A DNA stretch of 64,000 nucleotides from Gekko japonicus. Its lineage: Eukaryota. The stretch lies in contig NW_015166507.1 of the NCBI RefSeq assembly GCF_001447785.1, positions 102,501 through 166,500 on the forward strand. The letters run 5' to 3'. Shown here piece after piece: positions 36,208 through 51,639 of this stretch. The notes under the pieces were generated by a model. That model worked only from the letters and a program-made list of their open reading frames with translations. It did not search any database and had not been told where the DNA came from. Position numbers and translations under genes: made by a program. How positions within the stretch are numbered: position 1 is the stretch's first letter; each line of letters starts with the position of its first letter.

Positions 36208-38138
36208 TCATCCTTGAGGATCAGAAGACTGACTCTTGAAAAATGCAGTAAAAAGTTTTTGGGTCTCAGAATTTATTTTCAAAATGAAGACATTATTTTT
36301 TTTAGAAAAACAAATCAATCCCTCAAAAATACCTTTGAATAAATCTTTTCCTCGTGGTTGGCAACTTGCTATAGATCTGTTTTTCACACGTGGATGGGCT
36401 GGTGTAGTTTCCCTCTTTCTACTGTGGCAGCCATGGGGCTTCCACATGGTATCTTTCCAGGTCTGTAGCTACGGCGGGGCATTTTGGGGGCCTGCTCCTT
36501 TAATTGAAAGCCAGACCCCACAAATAGCAATGCCAGAAACTTTTTTTTTTTAAGGTTACTGCCTCCTCCCTGGGCTGCTGTTCTTTTGGGTCCACCCTGC
36601 ACCATCACAGAGCCTTCTCATGGAACTCTCTCGGGGTTGGGTTTTGCTCTTGCGCTGCTCAAAGGAGAGACACCCCCCAACCACCCCCGCTGCCTGCTGG
36701 TGGGGGTGGCCAGGGCAAGAGCAGGTTGGTTTGCCCTCAGGCGTCTTTCCTTCTCCACCCAATTAGCCTCCCTGGGAGAATTAGTGTCGCTTCAGTGGCT
36801 GCCCAGTCACCTGCCAAGCGGGGTCTGCCTGGCCAAGCCTGTAGCTACAGTGGGGCATTTTGGGGGCCCGCCCCCTTAATTGAAAGCTATGCCTCTTTTT
36901 AAAAAAGGTTACTGCCTCCTCCCTGAGCTGCTGCTCTTTTGCGCAGTCGCAGAGCCTCCGTGGCATTCTCATGGAGCCGCTTCAGGGCTGGGTTTTGCTC
37001 TTGCTCTACTCAGGGGAGATACCCCCCCCCCCCCGGCTGCCTGCTGCTGGCGGTGGCCAGGGCAAGAGTATGGCGGCTTGCCCTCCGGCTTCCTCCTCCT
37101 CCTGATTAGTCCAGTTGCCTGCCAAGGAGGTACTGCCTGCACTTGTACCCTGAGAGAAAGAACTTCTCCCAGGCCTTTTGCAACTTCCCAGGTAAACCCT
37201 CCTGGGCTTTTTCACAATGTGCCGGACAGGGGGAGTCATGCAGCTCCATGGGACCCCCAGTTCCAAGGCTGCCATGCTTTAGTCACCAATGGAGCGGATC
37301 CGAAACTGCAAGAAGAGCAGGTGAGTGCATCCAGGTGCGGGGCACATTGCAGCGACAGCTTCACGGGTTGAAAGCCGGACCGCCAGCTCAGCTGATTCTA
37401 AGGCTGCTGTTGATTGAAACGGGGCGGATTGGGAGAGTAAACGGGCGCTGCTCCCCCTTGCTTAGGTCATCAGTGCTCTGAGCAGCAGGCTAAGCCAGTA
37501 AGTTAAATTCTTCAGATTTTTGTGATGCGGCTTTCCTGTCACGTGAATGTTACACTTGGGAGCAGAGCTGAGGCCGTAGTGGCTCCGTCAGCCTTGTGTG
37601 CTGTGGTGACCTGGCAATTGTGAGAACGACCCTGCTCCCAGGGAGGCCTTCTCCAACTTTCACAGCATTCACACAGTTATACCCAGGTCACTATGCCGCT
37701 GGGCCCACTTGTGGTGCCGTCCCGTCCGTAGGCTTGCTTCTGAGACTCGCTGGCAGGGCTGAATTCCCCTTCACGGCCCTCCCTCTCCTTTCCCTCCCCA
37801 GGGAGATTGCTGTGCTGGAGGGGAAGCTGCTCTCCTCGGAGGAAGCCGCGCAGGAGCTCCGGGGGCTGCTCCAAGAGAAAGAAGCCGTGATCGCCCAGCT
37901 GAACCACCGGAGTCACCTGCTGACCAAGATCTGCCGCAGCCGGCCCGTCCTGGACAACGTTTTGGCGTACATGGCCGAAGGGGAGCGGCTGAGCCCCGTG
38001 CCCGGAAGCCAGGGCAGCTCTCCGGATTGTGGCCTCTTCCTAGAGGCAAACTGTGCCCTCGGCTTAGACTCGAAGGACTTTTCTCTGTGTGACGATGACG
38101 TGGAGTCAGGCAAGAGCTTGTTTGGGACAACAGTGTGA
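35064..38138 (+). CDS. VMAC: Vimentin-type intermediate filament-associated coiled-coil protein, 183 aa; exons 35064-35278, 37802-38138
   Basis: [72 protein letters not shown]|[63 protein letters not shown]...LFGTTV*; [11 protein letters not shown] and the C-terminal FGTTV match recalled VMAC; position head-to-head with NDUFA11. Confidence 0.92.
35180..35411. repeat. Exact 116-bp tandem duplication of the VMAC exon-1 3' end and donor
   Basis: 35180-35295 equals 35296-35411. Confidence 0.95.
35899..36066. mobile_element. Penelope-like hairpin remnant
   Basis: tttgagtctaggggcacctttaag and tttaaggtgcccctagactcaaa are inverted arms; related copies at about 20040-20165, 27480-27650, 31550-31710 and 32795-33000. 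Confidence 0.65.
36463..37100. repeat. Diverged tandem duplication (period about 376 bp) in the VMAC intron
   Basis: ctgtagctac...ggggcattttgggggcc...taattgaaagc...aaggttactgcctcctccc occurs at 36463 and 36839. Confidence 0.8.
37802..38138 (+). CDS. VMAC: VMAC exon 2 coding part
   Basis: Pyrimidine tract plus cag acceptor at 37800-37801; TGA at 38136-38138. Confidence 0.92.
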
Positions 38139-38515
38139 ACAAGACCAGCCACGGTTACCTTCTCCTGGGAACCCCCTCCCCCCCCCCCCCCCCCCGGGAT
38201 GCACAAGCCCCTTCTGTGGGATTCGAAAAGAATGCCTTGACACCCGGGAACTCTGCCTCAACTGGATCTTGCACCCACCCGCAGGAAGCCCTTCAGCCCG
38301 GAAATGTTCTTTTTGGTATGCTTGCGGATGATCAGTGCCCTTGATCCCTGACCCCCTCTCTAGCTAGGACTGGGGGCCAGAGTGGCCTGTCCGAGAAGCA
38401 GCACACCAGCCGAGGGGGCAGGCCCGTCCACCCCGTCAGCTTCATTCCCGTCTGCTGTGGGGCGGTTCCCTCTTGGTGCATCTGCCAGCTCCCTGTCATT
38501 CTCAGCAGAGGTCCC

Positions 38516-38648
38516 CGGTGGGATGGATGGGTCACTCGGGGTTTGCACTCCCATCAGAGAGAGAGATATATATATATATATTATATCGGTGGGATGGATG
38601 GGTCACTCGGGGTTTGCACTCCCATCAGAGAGAGAGATATATATATAT
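38516..38648. repeat. Tandem duplication with 71-bp period in the VMAC 3'UTR
   Basis: cggtgggatggatgggtcactcggggtttgcactcccatcagagagagagatatat occurs twice. Confidence 0.9.
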
Positions 38649-39340
38649 CCCCCCCCGTTTTTTGTGGTGGGGGTGAACAGTGCTTCACTCAGGCCAGGGA
38701 AGGAAACGCAGCAACCTCTGTCTTTGTCCCATTGCCCGTCTGCCCTTCAACTTGTCTCACGCTTCCTTCGTTAGTTTTGGTGTCGGCCAGAACCTTGGAA
38801 TGATGTCACACACACACACACCCCCGGAGGCAGCAGCAGAACTGATGCTGATTGTAGCCATCTTGAGTGTTTTTAATGGGGCGAATTCTCCTTAGTTTGA
38901 TAAAACTCATAATAGGAAGCAAGGCATTTATATAAGTACTGATGGAATTTTCTAATCACCCAAACTTGTACACTATAAAAGACGCCACGCTTTGTTCTCC
39001 CCTTAACTGCCTTCCGCCCCCTAAAATGTCTGTGCCCCAAAGCCGAGACAGCCGAGGCTGGTTTGCAGACAAGAGCCAGCGGCCTTGACGTCATTTGCAG
39101 AGCAGGCTGGGGGCCCTTCAGTGTCCAGGGTTCCTTGCAGGGCAATTCTCTTAGCCAGAGCAGGCAGAGTAAGGCAAAAGTCCTGTGCTACCTTAAGGAC
39201 TTAGCACATTTCTTCTGGTAGGAGGTTTTGTGAGGCTGGCTCAGCTGCTCTTCTGGTGCAGTAGCAGCGTAGGGCCTCGTGGGGCCCCATTTCCAAGCCC
39301 TAAATGGGGGTAATGCAAACTAAGAGCATGCCACATGACC

Positions 39341-39545
39341 CAGTGTTCCCTCTAAGCTGAGTTAGTGTGAGCTAGCTCACAGTTTTTTTAGCCTCCGGCT
39401 CACACGTTTGTTTTAGCTCAGGAAGGATGGCTCCAGAGCAAACTAATTTATGTAGTAGCCAAATCACTTGCTCACAGCTTTAATGCCAGCAGCCCACAAA
39501 GTAGAATTTTTGCTCATAAGACTCCAAGGCTTAGAGGGCGCATTG
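39341..39545 (+). mobile_element. hAT MITE family A
   Basis: Same TIRs and body. Confidence 0.85.
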
Positions 39546-39569
39546 GCCACATCCAGGGATGGTGTATAG

Positions 39570-39848
39570 CAGAGGTCCTAGACACGGTGCCCACGCATGC
39601 CAGGGCATCCACCGACATCTTTTCGAAAGTGGGCAGGGCCAGGTGGGATAGTTGCCCGGCAATGCTTCTGATTGCCCACTGAGGATTTGATTGGCTGTGC
39701 AGGTTTTCTAAAATGTTGCTTGGGCAACGGCTGCCATGACAGCACACCGTTTTGTGGCTGGCTCCGCCTCCTGTGGTGGCCATTTTGGGGTTGCACTCAC
39801 CACACTGTGTGGGAGCGCCCACAGGCTCAGAAAGGTCGGGGACACCTG
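39570..39848. mobile_element. hAT-Charlie-like MITE
   Basis: CAGAGGTCC and GGACACCTG ends; TSD gtgtatag/ctgtatag (7 of 8 match). Confidence 0.6.
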
Positions 39849-40775
39849 CTGTATAGAATCTCACATGTCTACACCATTGTAAAGAGGTTCTGACGCCACT
39901 GCTAAGCGTCGGCATTCACCTCCTGGTCCTGGGTGCCTGGCTCTTCCGCCGTTGGTTGTCTTGGACTTCCGAAGAATCCCCCTCCTTGCATCATGCTCTC
40001 TTCCCAAGCTTGTTTTGCGGCAGCTCTTCCTATTCTCCAGCCATGTATGGTCACCAGACTGATCGAAGTAGACGGGTTGTGATCCCAAGTGCCTTTCCCG
40101 TAAGCCGGCCCCATTGTATCAGATGGGACAGACTCCCTTGTCAGCACCTTCAGGATTGGGCCATTTCCACGGAATGGCTGTTCTCATAGTGACAGGCTAA
40201 GCCGGTTCCTCCCCTGCCTCTTCTGGCCTACAGAAGCAGCCACAAGTGCCTGCATCCCGCTTGGATTTTGTTACACGGTGTCCTTGGTCTAACTTTTCCT
40301 TGGTGGATGCAAAATAAACGTATTTTGGAATATCTGCCTTTTGGTCTGCCATTATTGTTCCTTCTCCCCCAACCCTGCCTGGCTTAGATCTCCCTGGGTC
40401 CGGTTGGTCTCTTATTTTGAGAGAGCTGACTTACAGCCCAAGTGCCAGGATGGGACCTGGGTATCAAGCACCCTTTGCGGCACACAGAAAACCCGAGGCT
40501 CAGTCTCTCGCTCAGGGGCTCCAGGGGAGTGGGGTTGCAATGGAGAGCAAAACGGGGTTTACGTCAAGTAGCTTCCTGTGCAGGTCCAGGCCAGCTCAGA
40601 GGAGGAAAGTCCAGGTTACATTGTAAGGAGCACTCTTCTCCCAGAGACCTTTTCCACCTGGTGCATTACTTGATCGGGGTGGGGTGTGTGTGTGCTCCAT
40701 CCCGTCAGTCTCCTTTGCCAACACAGGAGCTCAGCACTAGAGGAAATGTTTCAGAGGGAAGGGACGTGTCCCTGC

Positions 40776-41242
40776 TAGGGGTGTGCAAAAAAAAAAAAAG
40801 CTGGTATTTTTTTAGTTCGGGTAAATCAGACCTGAAAAATATCGGTAAATGCCGAATTTCCCCAGTAAAATATCAGTGAGGTATTCGGACTGGGGCTATA
40901 TTCGGTTCCGATTTACACCACCCAAGGGAAAGGAGACATGTTAGAATGCCTTCTTTCCCTCTGGTAGACCCTACAGATTTCCCTGTCAATTTCACTCCCT
41001 GCCAGCTAAAAGATTGGGAAGGGAAGCAGGCATGTTTACAATGCCTTTCTTTCCATCCCCGATATCGGAGAGGGAAAGAAAGGCATTTAAACCCAACAGC
41101 TGATTGGCGGCTGAGCCAGCTGTTAGGTTTAATGAGACCTTTTTCATATAGCAAAATGAACCTTATGTGATAACCGAAATATACCGACAAGGTATTTTTC
41201 GGGTATTTCTTCGGTTCGGCCATAGCCGAATGCACACCCCTA
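40776..41242. mobile_element. hAT-like non-autonomous DNA transposon
   Basis: TIRs TAGGGGTGTGCA and TGCACACCCCTA; subterminal TTCGG/CCGAA repeats. Confidence 0.7.
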
Positions 41243-41383
41243 GTTGCATGTTGTGGGAGGCAGGACAGTGTGTCGGGGAGGAAGTTAGACTTTCTGGGGA
41301 GATGCTGGAGAGTGAATCGAAACCGGAGCTGTTTGGCGTTAAGGTGCCAGGGAAAGCTTCAAGGTTTTTATGATCGGGGGGGG

Positions 41384-42450
41384 GGGTTTCCGTCTGCCTC
41401 CTCTTCCTCAAACACCTGGGCCAAGTCCCTGTAGTCCATGGGGATTGAGTCGAGCTCCCCCTGAGCTAAGCACACTCGTTCCAGGACTGAAGGGGGCATC
41501 TCCCCCCACTCCAGCTTCCACCCATGGCCATCGCATCGGGGATTGGGAAAATGCAACACGCTGGCACTCCACTGCACATAGGGGTCATGGTCTCGCAGCT
41601 AGGGGTTCCCCAGAACCATTGGAAAGCCTGGCTGTCAGATTAATTATGAACCAATCCACTGCCTGTTTTCTCAGATGCGAACCAATGTAATCCACTCGGT
41701 GTTCTTCCAAGGTGAACGTGGGGCCCCAGTCCTGCAGGAACTTGTGCACTTGTAACAAGAAGGTAGGCTTGTCTGGTTTACCATCAAAAGTGGTGTCCAA
41801 TAGCTCGCGGTGTTGCTCTGGCTCCGATGGCAGCATGGCTGGAGCAGGGGGCCCAGCTGGGACGACAGGAGGTGCTTTGCCCCAGAGGTGCTTGCCCTGG
41901 AGGTGCCTGCCCCAGCGGCGGTGGGGCAGGTGCTAGCTGCTGCCACCCCAGGTCTGGCCTCCCCCTGCCATCCGGGACCTGGCCTCGAAGCTTATGTTGG
42001 ACAGCCATGGCGATGAGTCTTGGTAAATCCAGCATCATTTCATGCAGCTCACGCCTCAGCTCTTTGGTTTCCCCACGGAACTCTCGCACCCGTTTTATGT
42101 CCACTTCCTCAGCAATGGGGATGCGGCCCGGGACTTCTCGGAAGATGCTCCTGTAATGCTGTGGGTTCCTCTCGTACGTCACCATTCAGGGGTCAGGAGT
42201 TAGTGCCCAGCTCACTTCCGTCCATGTGGGGATATGGGCCCACAGGTCTTTGTTCCATAGTTTTCATTTCTGTGCCATCTCTGGTGGTAACCGGGGTGTC
42301 CTCGTTCTCTTTGCCAGCCATCGGTGTGAGGTACGGGAACTACAGGGAGTTCTAACACTCTGTCAGACTCCTGGAGAAATCAGTTCCCAACAACAGTTTT
42401 TCAAAAGAATAGAAAGTTTATTGAGACATTGATAGGATCCCGACTCTTAA
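41384..42450 (-). mobile_element. Decayed, internally deleted Ty3/gypsy (sushi-like) LTR retrotransposon: gag fragment plus protease-RT linker
   Basis: TFDGKPDKPTFLLQVHKFLQDWGPTFTLEEHRVDYIGSHLRKQAVDWF (capsid-like) and LRDHDPYVQWSASVLHF...IPMDYRDLAQVFEEEEAD; frameshifted; LTR-like end (AATAAA...CTGACA on minus) at 42361. Confidence 0.75.
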
Positions 42451-43399
42451 CATTTCTGTGTTAAAACTGGGGGAAAGTGCGTGAAGCGGTGCGTGGGAGC
42501 GGTGGCGCAGGCAGTTAATGCCTGCAAGTAACAGCACTAGCGAACAGCCACTATGGCTGTTCGAGACCACCGCGGCCGGGGTGAGCTCCTGGCCCTAGTC
42601 CCAGCTCCCGCCCACCCAGCGGCTTGAAAGTGTCTCACGAGTAGACAAATGGGTACTTGCCATAGGTGGCAGGGGGCACCCACCTCCTGACGGGGTATGC
42701 CAGGAGTGCGGCTGTGGCAGAGGCGGCGGCGGGGGAGTTATGGCGGCAGCAGAGACGGGCTGAGGACGTGGCGACGATGGTTGGAGGCGGAGCTGTGATG
42801 ACGCGACGACGATGCAAGGACGCAGCACAGTGGAGCCTGACGGACGTTAGCCGAGCTGCAGTCAGAGCACCCACGCACCAAACAGAATACCAGCTGAAGC
42901 CTGCCGAGGATGCCGTCGGCCCACCCGAAGCGCCGGAACTAACATCAGAAACCGCCCGGAGAAAAAGCAACAGCAACAAAAACGCATGCCGCTGGGTGCT
43001 GGTAGGCAGCCCCCCCCAAAAAAAATGAATTGTGGCCCTAGATTAGGTATAATCGGTACATATCCTCTGTAAACCGCTCTGCGACCCTCCGGGGCCAAGG
43101 GCGGTATAGAAATCGAAACTATAAATAAATATATAAATAAATAAACTATAAATTCTATCTAAATCAAGCAAGACCCTAATGTTCCGGGGCCAATAACACC
43201 TAAGCTACAGGCCCGCCGAAATAACGGCTCATAGTTCCCAGGGGAAAGATGATGCCATGCCTGACTGGGACTCAAGATTACGTGTCTGGGTCGAATAAGA
43301 TAACGAAGCAACAGCAGAGTGGCCAAAAGCTAAAGTAGACATTCTTCCCACTCCCCTACATCACCATGGCAACCAAGCCCGAGAAAGCAGGTGAAGTTG

Positions 43400-43636
43400 A
43401 CAGTTCCACTGAGGAAGCGCTCTGTCAGGAAGTTCTTCCTAATGTTTAGCCGAAAGCTCTTTTGATTTAATTTCAACCCGTTGGTTCTGGGGCGACCTTC
43501 TAGGGCAACAGAAAACAGCTCTGCTCCATCCTCTATGTGGCAGCCATTCAAGTACTTGAAGATGGTTATCATATCCCCACTCAGCCATCTCCTCTCAGGG
43601 CTAAACATACCCAGCTTCTTCAGCCTTTCTTCATAC
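43400..43636 (-). mobile_element. CR1 LINE fragment
   Basis: MFSPERRWLSGDMITIFKYLNGCH...FRLNIRKNFLT. Confidence 0.8.
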
Positions 43637-43931
43637 TATTACTATTAGCTTCTTTCTAATGGGAAAAGCATCTGGGGCTTGAGCTGCTGACTGATAAATG
43701 CTGCTACAGGTGAGATGCCTGGAGTGACTGCCTTTCTTCAAGGGTCCCACCCATGTGCTGGAGATTAAGTTCATAAATGACTTCAGCAGGCTCATCATGT
43801 GGTGTTATCCAGGTTATCTCCTCAGGAAAATATAGAGATGGAAGAATCTTGCTCTGTCTGCAGACACTGATTTGAGTATTACACGGTAGTGAAGCCTCAC
43901 AGTAAAGGTGTAGATCACCCTGTGAGCTAGG

Positions 43932-44708
43932 TGTCAAGTCCTGGACACAATTACTCCCACAAACACTCTTGTAACAGCAAGATTTGTTTATTAGGAGACA
44001 GAGAGGTTCCAAGCATGGACAGCTTATGTGTCAGAACTGGGTTCCAGATGCCAGTCCCCCCAATATAGTAAAAGCAGGAAAACCCACATATGCCAAATGA
44101 CCAATCACTTCTGTTATTCAGCCCACCACACATCTGCCTTTGCCCCTACGACCGCCCCTAACGCCTGCAAGCTAACGGTTATTCTATCTAGAAGCTCTGC
44201 AACTACAAGGTCACACCGAACAGTGAATTCATACGCATCCCAAGATGTTTACAGCACACTCAGGAGGCTCCTGCGTGAGAACAGTTAAGAGGTAATGTCA
44301 CACTCTGTCTCTAGTTTGCCATGATTCGTAAGGGGAGGGAAATTCCTGAGGGAAGTGAATGGCTGAGTTTGTGAACTGCTCTATCATAGGCAACATAACT
44401 CTTCTCAAGATACCTCCCTTCACAAGGGATGACCTTGAAGCCAAAGCTATGTCTGCTTGGCTGTCTTAGATAAGGGATCCATGTATTCACAGGTGGGGGT
44501 GTGTGTAGGAAGTGTGAACGTTTATGGAGTGTGATTGGATGTACTGGAGGGGGGGGGGCTTCATTTTATCTGTCTATAACTTTGGATTCTCCCGCCAGAA
44601 CCCCAGTTCTGACACAGTACTGGTCTGGCCTGGAACATGATTATTTCTCAATGAACAAATCACTGCCAGAGAGTGTTGTTGAGAGTAACTTTGTTGAGGA
44701 GTCTGACA
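43932..44708 (-). mobile_element. Possible solo LTR
   Basis: TGTCA...TGACA termini and a minus-strand AATAAA near 43986; no clear TSD. Confidence 0.3.
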
Positions 44709-44990
44709 GGTAGCACTAACCAAGCAAAGCAGACAGCCATACACAGTCACTCCCCCCAGTTCCCAGCAGAGAAGATAAACAGGAATGGAAAGGAACAAGG
44801 TTACATCAGAACTGTAGAAATACATGTGACTCCATATGGAAATACATGGCAAGCGAGGCCCGAGCTTGACAGTAGGTTAGGCTGAGAGAGTAACTGGCCC
44901 AAGGTCACCAGCAATCTTCCATGGCAGAGTGGAGACTCAGTCTGACAACTGGCTGTCGGTGGGAAAGAAGGCCTGGACCTGAGTTGAGTT

Positions 44991-45335
44991 TAAAGGTAAA
45001 GGTTCCCTTGCTCGAAAGCCAGTCGAGTCCGACTCTAGGGTTGCGGTGCTCATCTCCGTTTCAAAGCCGAAGAGCCAGCGCTGCCCAAAGACGTTACCGT
45101 GGTCATGTGGCCAGCATGACTAAACACCAAGGCGCACGGAACGCTATTACCTTCCCACTGAAGTGGTACCTATTTATCTACTTGCAATTTCTTGCTTTCG
45201 AACTGCTAGGTTGCCAGGAGCTGGAACTAGAGACGGGAGCTCACTCCGTCATGCAGCAACTCGGGTCTTGAACTGCTGAACTACTGACCTTCCACAGCCT
45301 AGAGTTCAGTGTCTTAACCACTTTGAGCCACAAGA
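44991..45335 (-). mobile_element. Sauria SINE, full length
   Basis: As 14574-14928. Confidence 0.85.
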
Positions 45336-45757
45336 GCCCAAATGAATAAAACAGGTCAAATGGGCTGAAGGATAGATCCCCCCCTTCCCATTTACAGTAA
45401 GCCCCAATTGCTGCCCAGAGGGAAGTGGCAAGACGTGCCTAACCAGCCAGGCACAGGGAAAACCAGCACCAAAAATGGGCAACCACAACAGCCACATATA
45501 GGGTTGCCAACCTCTAGGTGGGAGCTGGAGATCTCCTGGGGTTACAGCTGATCTCCAGGCAATGGAGATCAGTTCACCCAAAGGAAATGGCTGCTTTGGC
45601 GGATGGACGCTGTGGCATCCTCACATGTCCCTGCTAAGCTTCCTGCCCTTCTGAGGCTCCATGTCCCAAATCTCCAGCAATTTCCTCACCCAACCCAGAT
45701 TTCAATTCACTGCTCTTGTAGAAAATCTCTCGTCTTCAGTGTGGGGATGACATTGTG

Positions 45758-46033
45758 CAGTTTGGTGTAGTGGTTAAGTGTACGGACTCTAATCTGGGAG
45801 AACCGGGTTTGATTCCCCACGCCTCCACTTGCAGCTGCTGGATGGCCTTGGGCAAGCCGTAGTTCTGTCAGAGCTGTTCTCTCAAGGACAGTTCTGGAAA
45901 GAGCTCTCTCAGCCCCACCTACCTCACAGGGTGTCTGTTGTGGGGAGGGGAAGGGAAAGGAGTTTGTAAGCCACTCTGAGACTCCAAGTGAAGGGCGGGG
46001 TATAAATCCAACCTCCTCCTCCTCCTCCTCTTC
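45758..46033 (+). mobile_element. Squam3-like SINE, full length
   Basis: cagtttggtgtagtggttaag head and (CCT)n tail. Confidence 0.85.
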
Positions 46034-46379
46034 CTGGTTTAGCCTCTGCCCCTCGAGTCTTCACTATACTTATCTAGGGTTGCCAAGCTTGTTTCCAAGA
46101 TACAATCGCACAGGCTGGGGAGCCACTGGAGCATTGTTGTGAGAGACAGAGAGTTTCATGCCCTCAGCTCGTAAGGGTAGAGCCATTCCCTCCCCTTCTC
46201 CTCTGGGTTAAGGTCAATAAAACAGGACATTCTGTCCCGAAGAAACTATTGGCCTCTGCTCAGGATGGCCTGGAAATGGGAAACCCTACATTTCACAGCC
46301 CTCCTGAAGCAGGCAGCTGACTGTTCCGGGCATCCCCCACCCTTTGCAGTCGTGCTCGTGTCACATCTTGCTCTGACCG

Positions 46380-46504
46380 CATTGGCTTCTCTCGGGATCT
46401 TTCCAGTCCTAGCAACTGGGGAACCATTGCTATAGAGATCGCGCTGAGCTCCTCCAACACAACAGAAGAGCTGGAGTTGCGGTTTGAACAGAGCATAATT
46501 CCAG
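46380..46504 (+). promoter_or_regulatory. Probable CAPS promoter and non-coding first exon
   Basis: Reverse CCAAT (ATTGG at 46381), RFX-type CCTAGCAAC (46408-46416) and ATTGCTATAGAGAT (46426-46439), then donor CAG|GTAGGG at 46505; the CAPS ATG exon has an acceptor and needs an upstream exon. Confidence 0.5.
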
Positions 46505-47854
46505 GTAGGGGCAAACGGGGGAGCCCACAGAATCTGGCAGCAGTAGGCGGGCGGGTGGGCGCTGGGCATAAAAACTGCCAGGGGTTGGGCCGGGGAAAAA
46601 AAAGTGGGGGAGGGAGGCCTGTAAAAAGGGGGGGGGACAGCGCCCATGGAGACGTACCACCCTTTTCTCCATCCTTTGGGCAACACCTCTGAAAATCCAA
46701 AGTGGACCCTGACAAATAGAGATGTCCACATTGCTCCGCTCTGCTCTTGCAACTCAAGAAAGCCCCACTTTGGTTTTGCTTCTCTGTTGTTCATTTGTTT
46801 CCTGGCACCAGCCCACCCCCCACCCCCCGTCCATTTATCAGCCTGCCAGCCACATACGTTTTTAACCTGCCCTTCTTCCAAGGATCTCAGAGCAGCCAAT
46901 GTGGTTCTCCCTTCTCTCTTATCCTCATGGAGAGGGGGCTAGACGGAGAGGGAGTAACAGGCAAGTTTTCTGATGGGAGGGGGGGAGGAGTTCCACATAC
47001 CGATTTTCATAACCCATTACATTAGCAGTCAATCAGCATTATATGAAATATGCTGGACAAGCAAAAATACTGGGGAAGTGGTTCAGTTGACACAGATAGT
47101 ACATGGATATGACAATAAACAGACATTCGCTGTTTTCAGAAGGGTCCCCCACCTTGGTTATACCAGATGCAGGAAATGCGCTCCACTCAAGAATTCATCC
47201 CAGTATTTCAATTATTATGACTACACTCTGTCCATGAGCAGGAACCCAGCTGCAAACTCATAGCTGGCAGAAAGTAGGGGATTGAAGGAAGAAGCCCTCA
47301 AGCTCATGCTTATGCTAACGACTGGGTGAATCAAGACAATGGTTTACCTACTGGAAGGTGACATCCAAAGGGACAGGGAGGGAAACAGACACATTGCGAG
47401 AATGTGTTCTCTTCCTCTTGAAGCAGGGAGATCAAAATGTCCCCAGCATGGAAGAGACTTCCCAAGGTAGATTATAAAACCCTGGACAAAAAGAAGCGCT
47501 CTCTTGCATCTTGCTCTTGACTTGAGAACATAAGCCATGAAAGACTGAACTTTTACTTTAGGGACTCCATCTTCATCTCGTCCACACAGCAGGGGACAAC
47601 AGGAAGAAGTCCCAACCCAGAGAACTAAGGTAATGCTGAACTTTGAACTACTGCAACTTCAAGCAGAACTAGCCTGTCCTATTTAAACGTCATTTAGGAG
47701 AAGTACCCCAGTGTGGGGATTGGGGACTGCATGTTTTCACCCTTTCTTTGTACTCCTGCCCAGCCTGGATGCTTGACCAGACCATGTGTATTTTATTAAA
47801 TTTTCTTTCTGTGTGTATTTTTGTGTATGTCTGTGCCCAGAAGCCATGGTTGAA

Positions 47855-48024
47855 TTCTGGCAACCCCTAATGGGGCTTGGACATTTCAGAGAGGTGGCCT
47901 TGCCTCCGCATCCCGGCCCTGATATTCCTTGGAGGTCTCCCATCCAAGTACTTGCCAGGGTCGGCCCTGCTTAGCTTCTGAGATCTGACGCGATCCGGCT
48001 TCCCTGGGCTGTCCACGTCAGGGC
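47855..48024 (-). mobile_element. 5S rRNA-derived SINE (SINE3/5S-Sauria-like)
   Basis: Minus strand gatctcagaagctaagcagggccgaccctggcaagtacttggatgggagacc resembles the 5S internal control region. Confidence 0.7.
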
Positions 48025-48194
48025 AAATATCTTCTGTTTCAAATGCCGTAAGCTGCAGGTGATGCTGAGCCCTGCCTAATAGAGAAGAAATGGCCCGGTT
48101 TGAAGTGTGGGCATCCTTTCGGGCAAGTGAAGACTGAAAGGGCACAAAATCAATCCCAGTTTTACTCTCCTTTTTCAGGGTCAAGGACCACAAC

Positions 48195-51639
<3,445 letters not shown>

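Noticed and set aside
42490-43150. Small GC-rich gene (120-aa ORF at 42666-43028)
   Set aside because: Ends in an L2-type tail with (TAAA)n and has no splice or homology support; most likely a retroelement remnant
47930-48024. 5S rRNA gene
   Set aside because: Only a diverged partial 5S-like head joined to a SINE body
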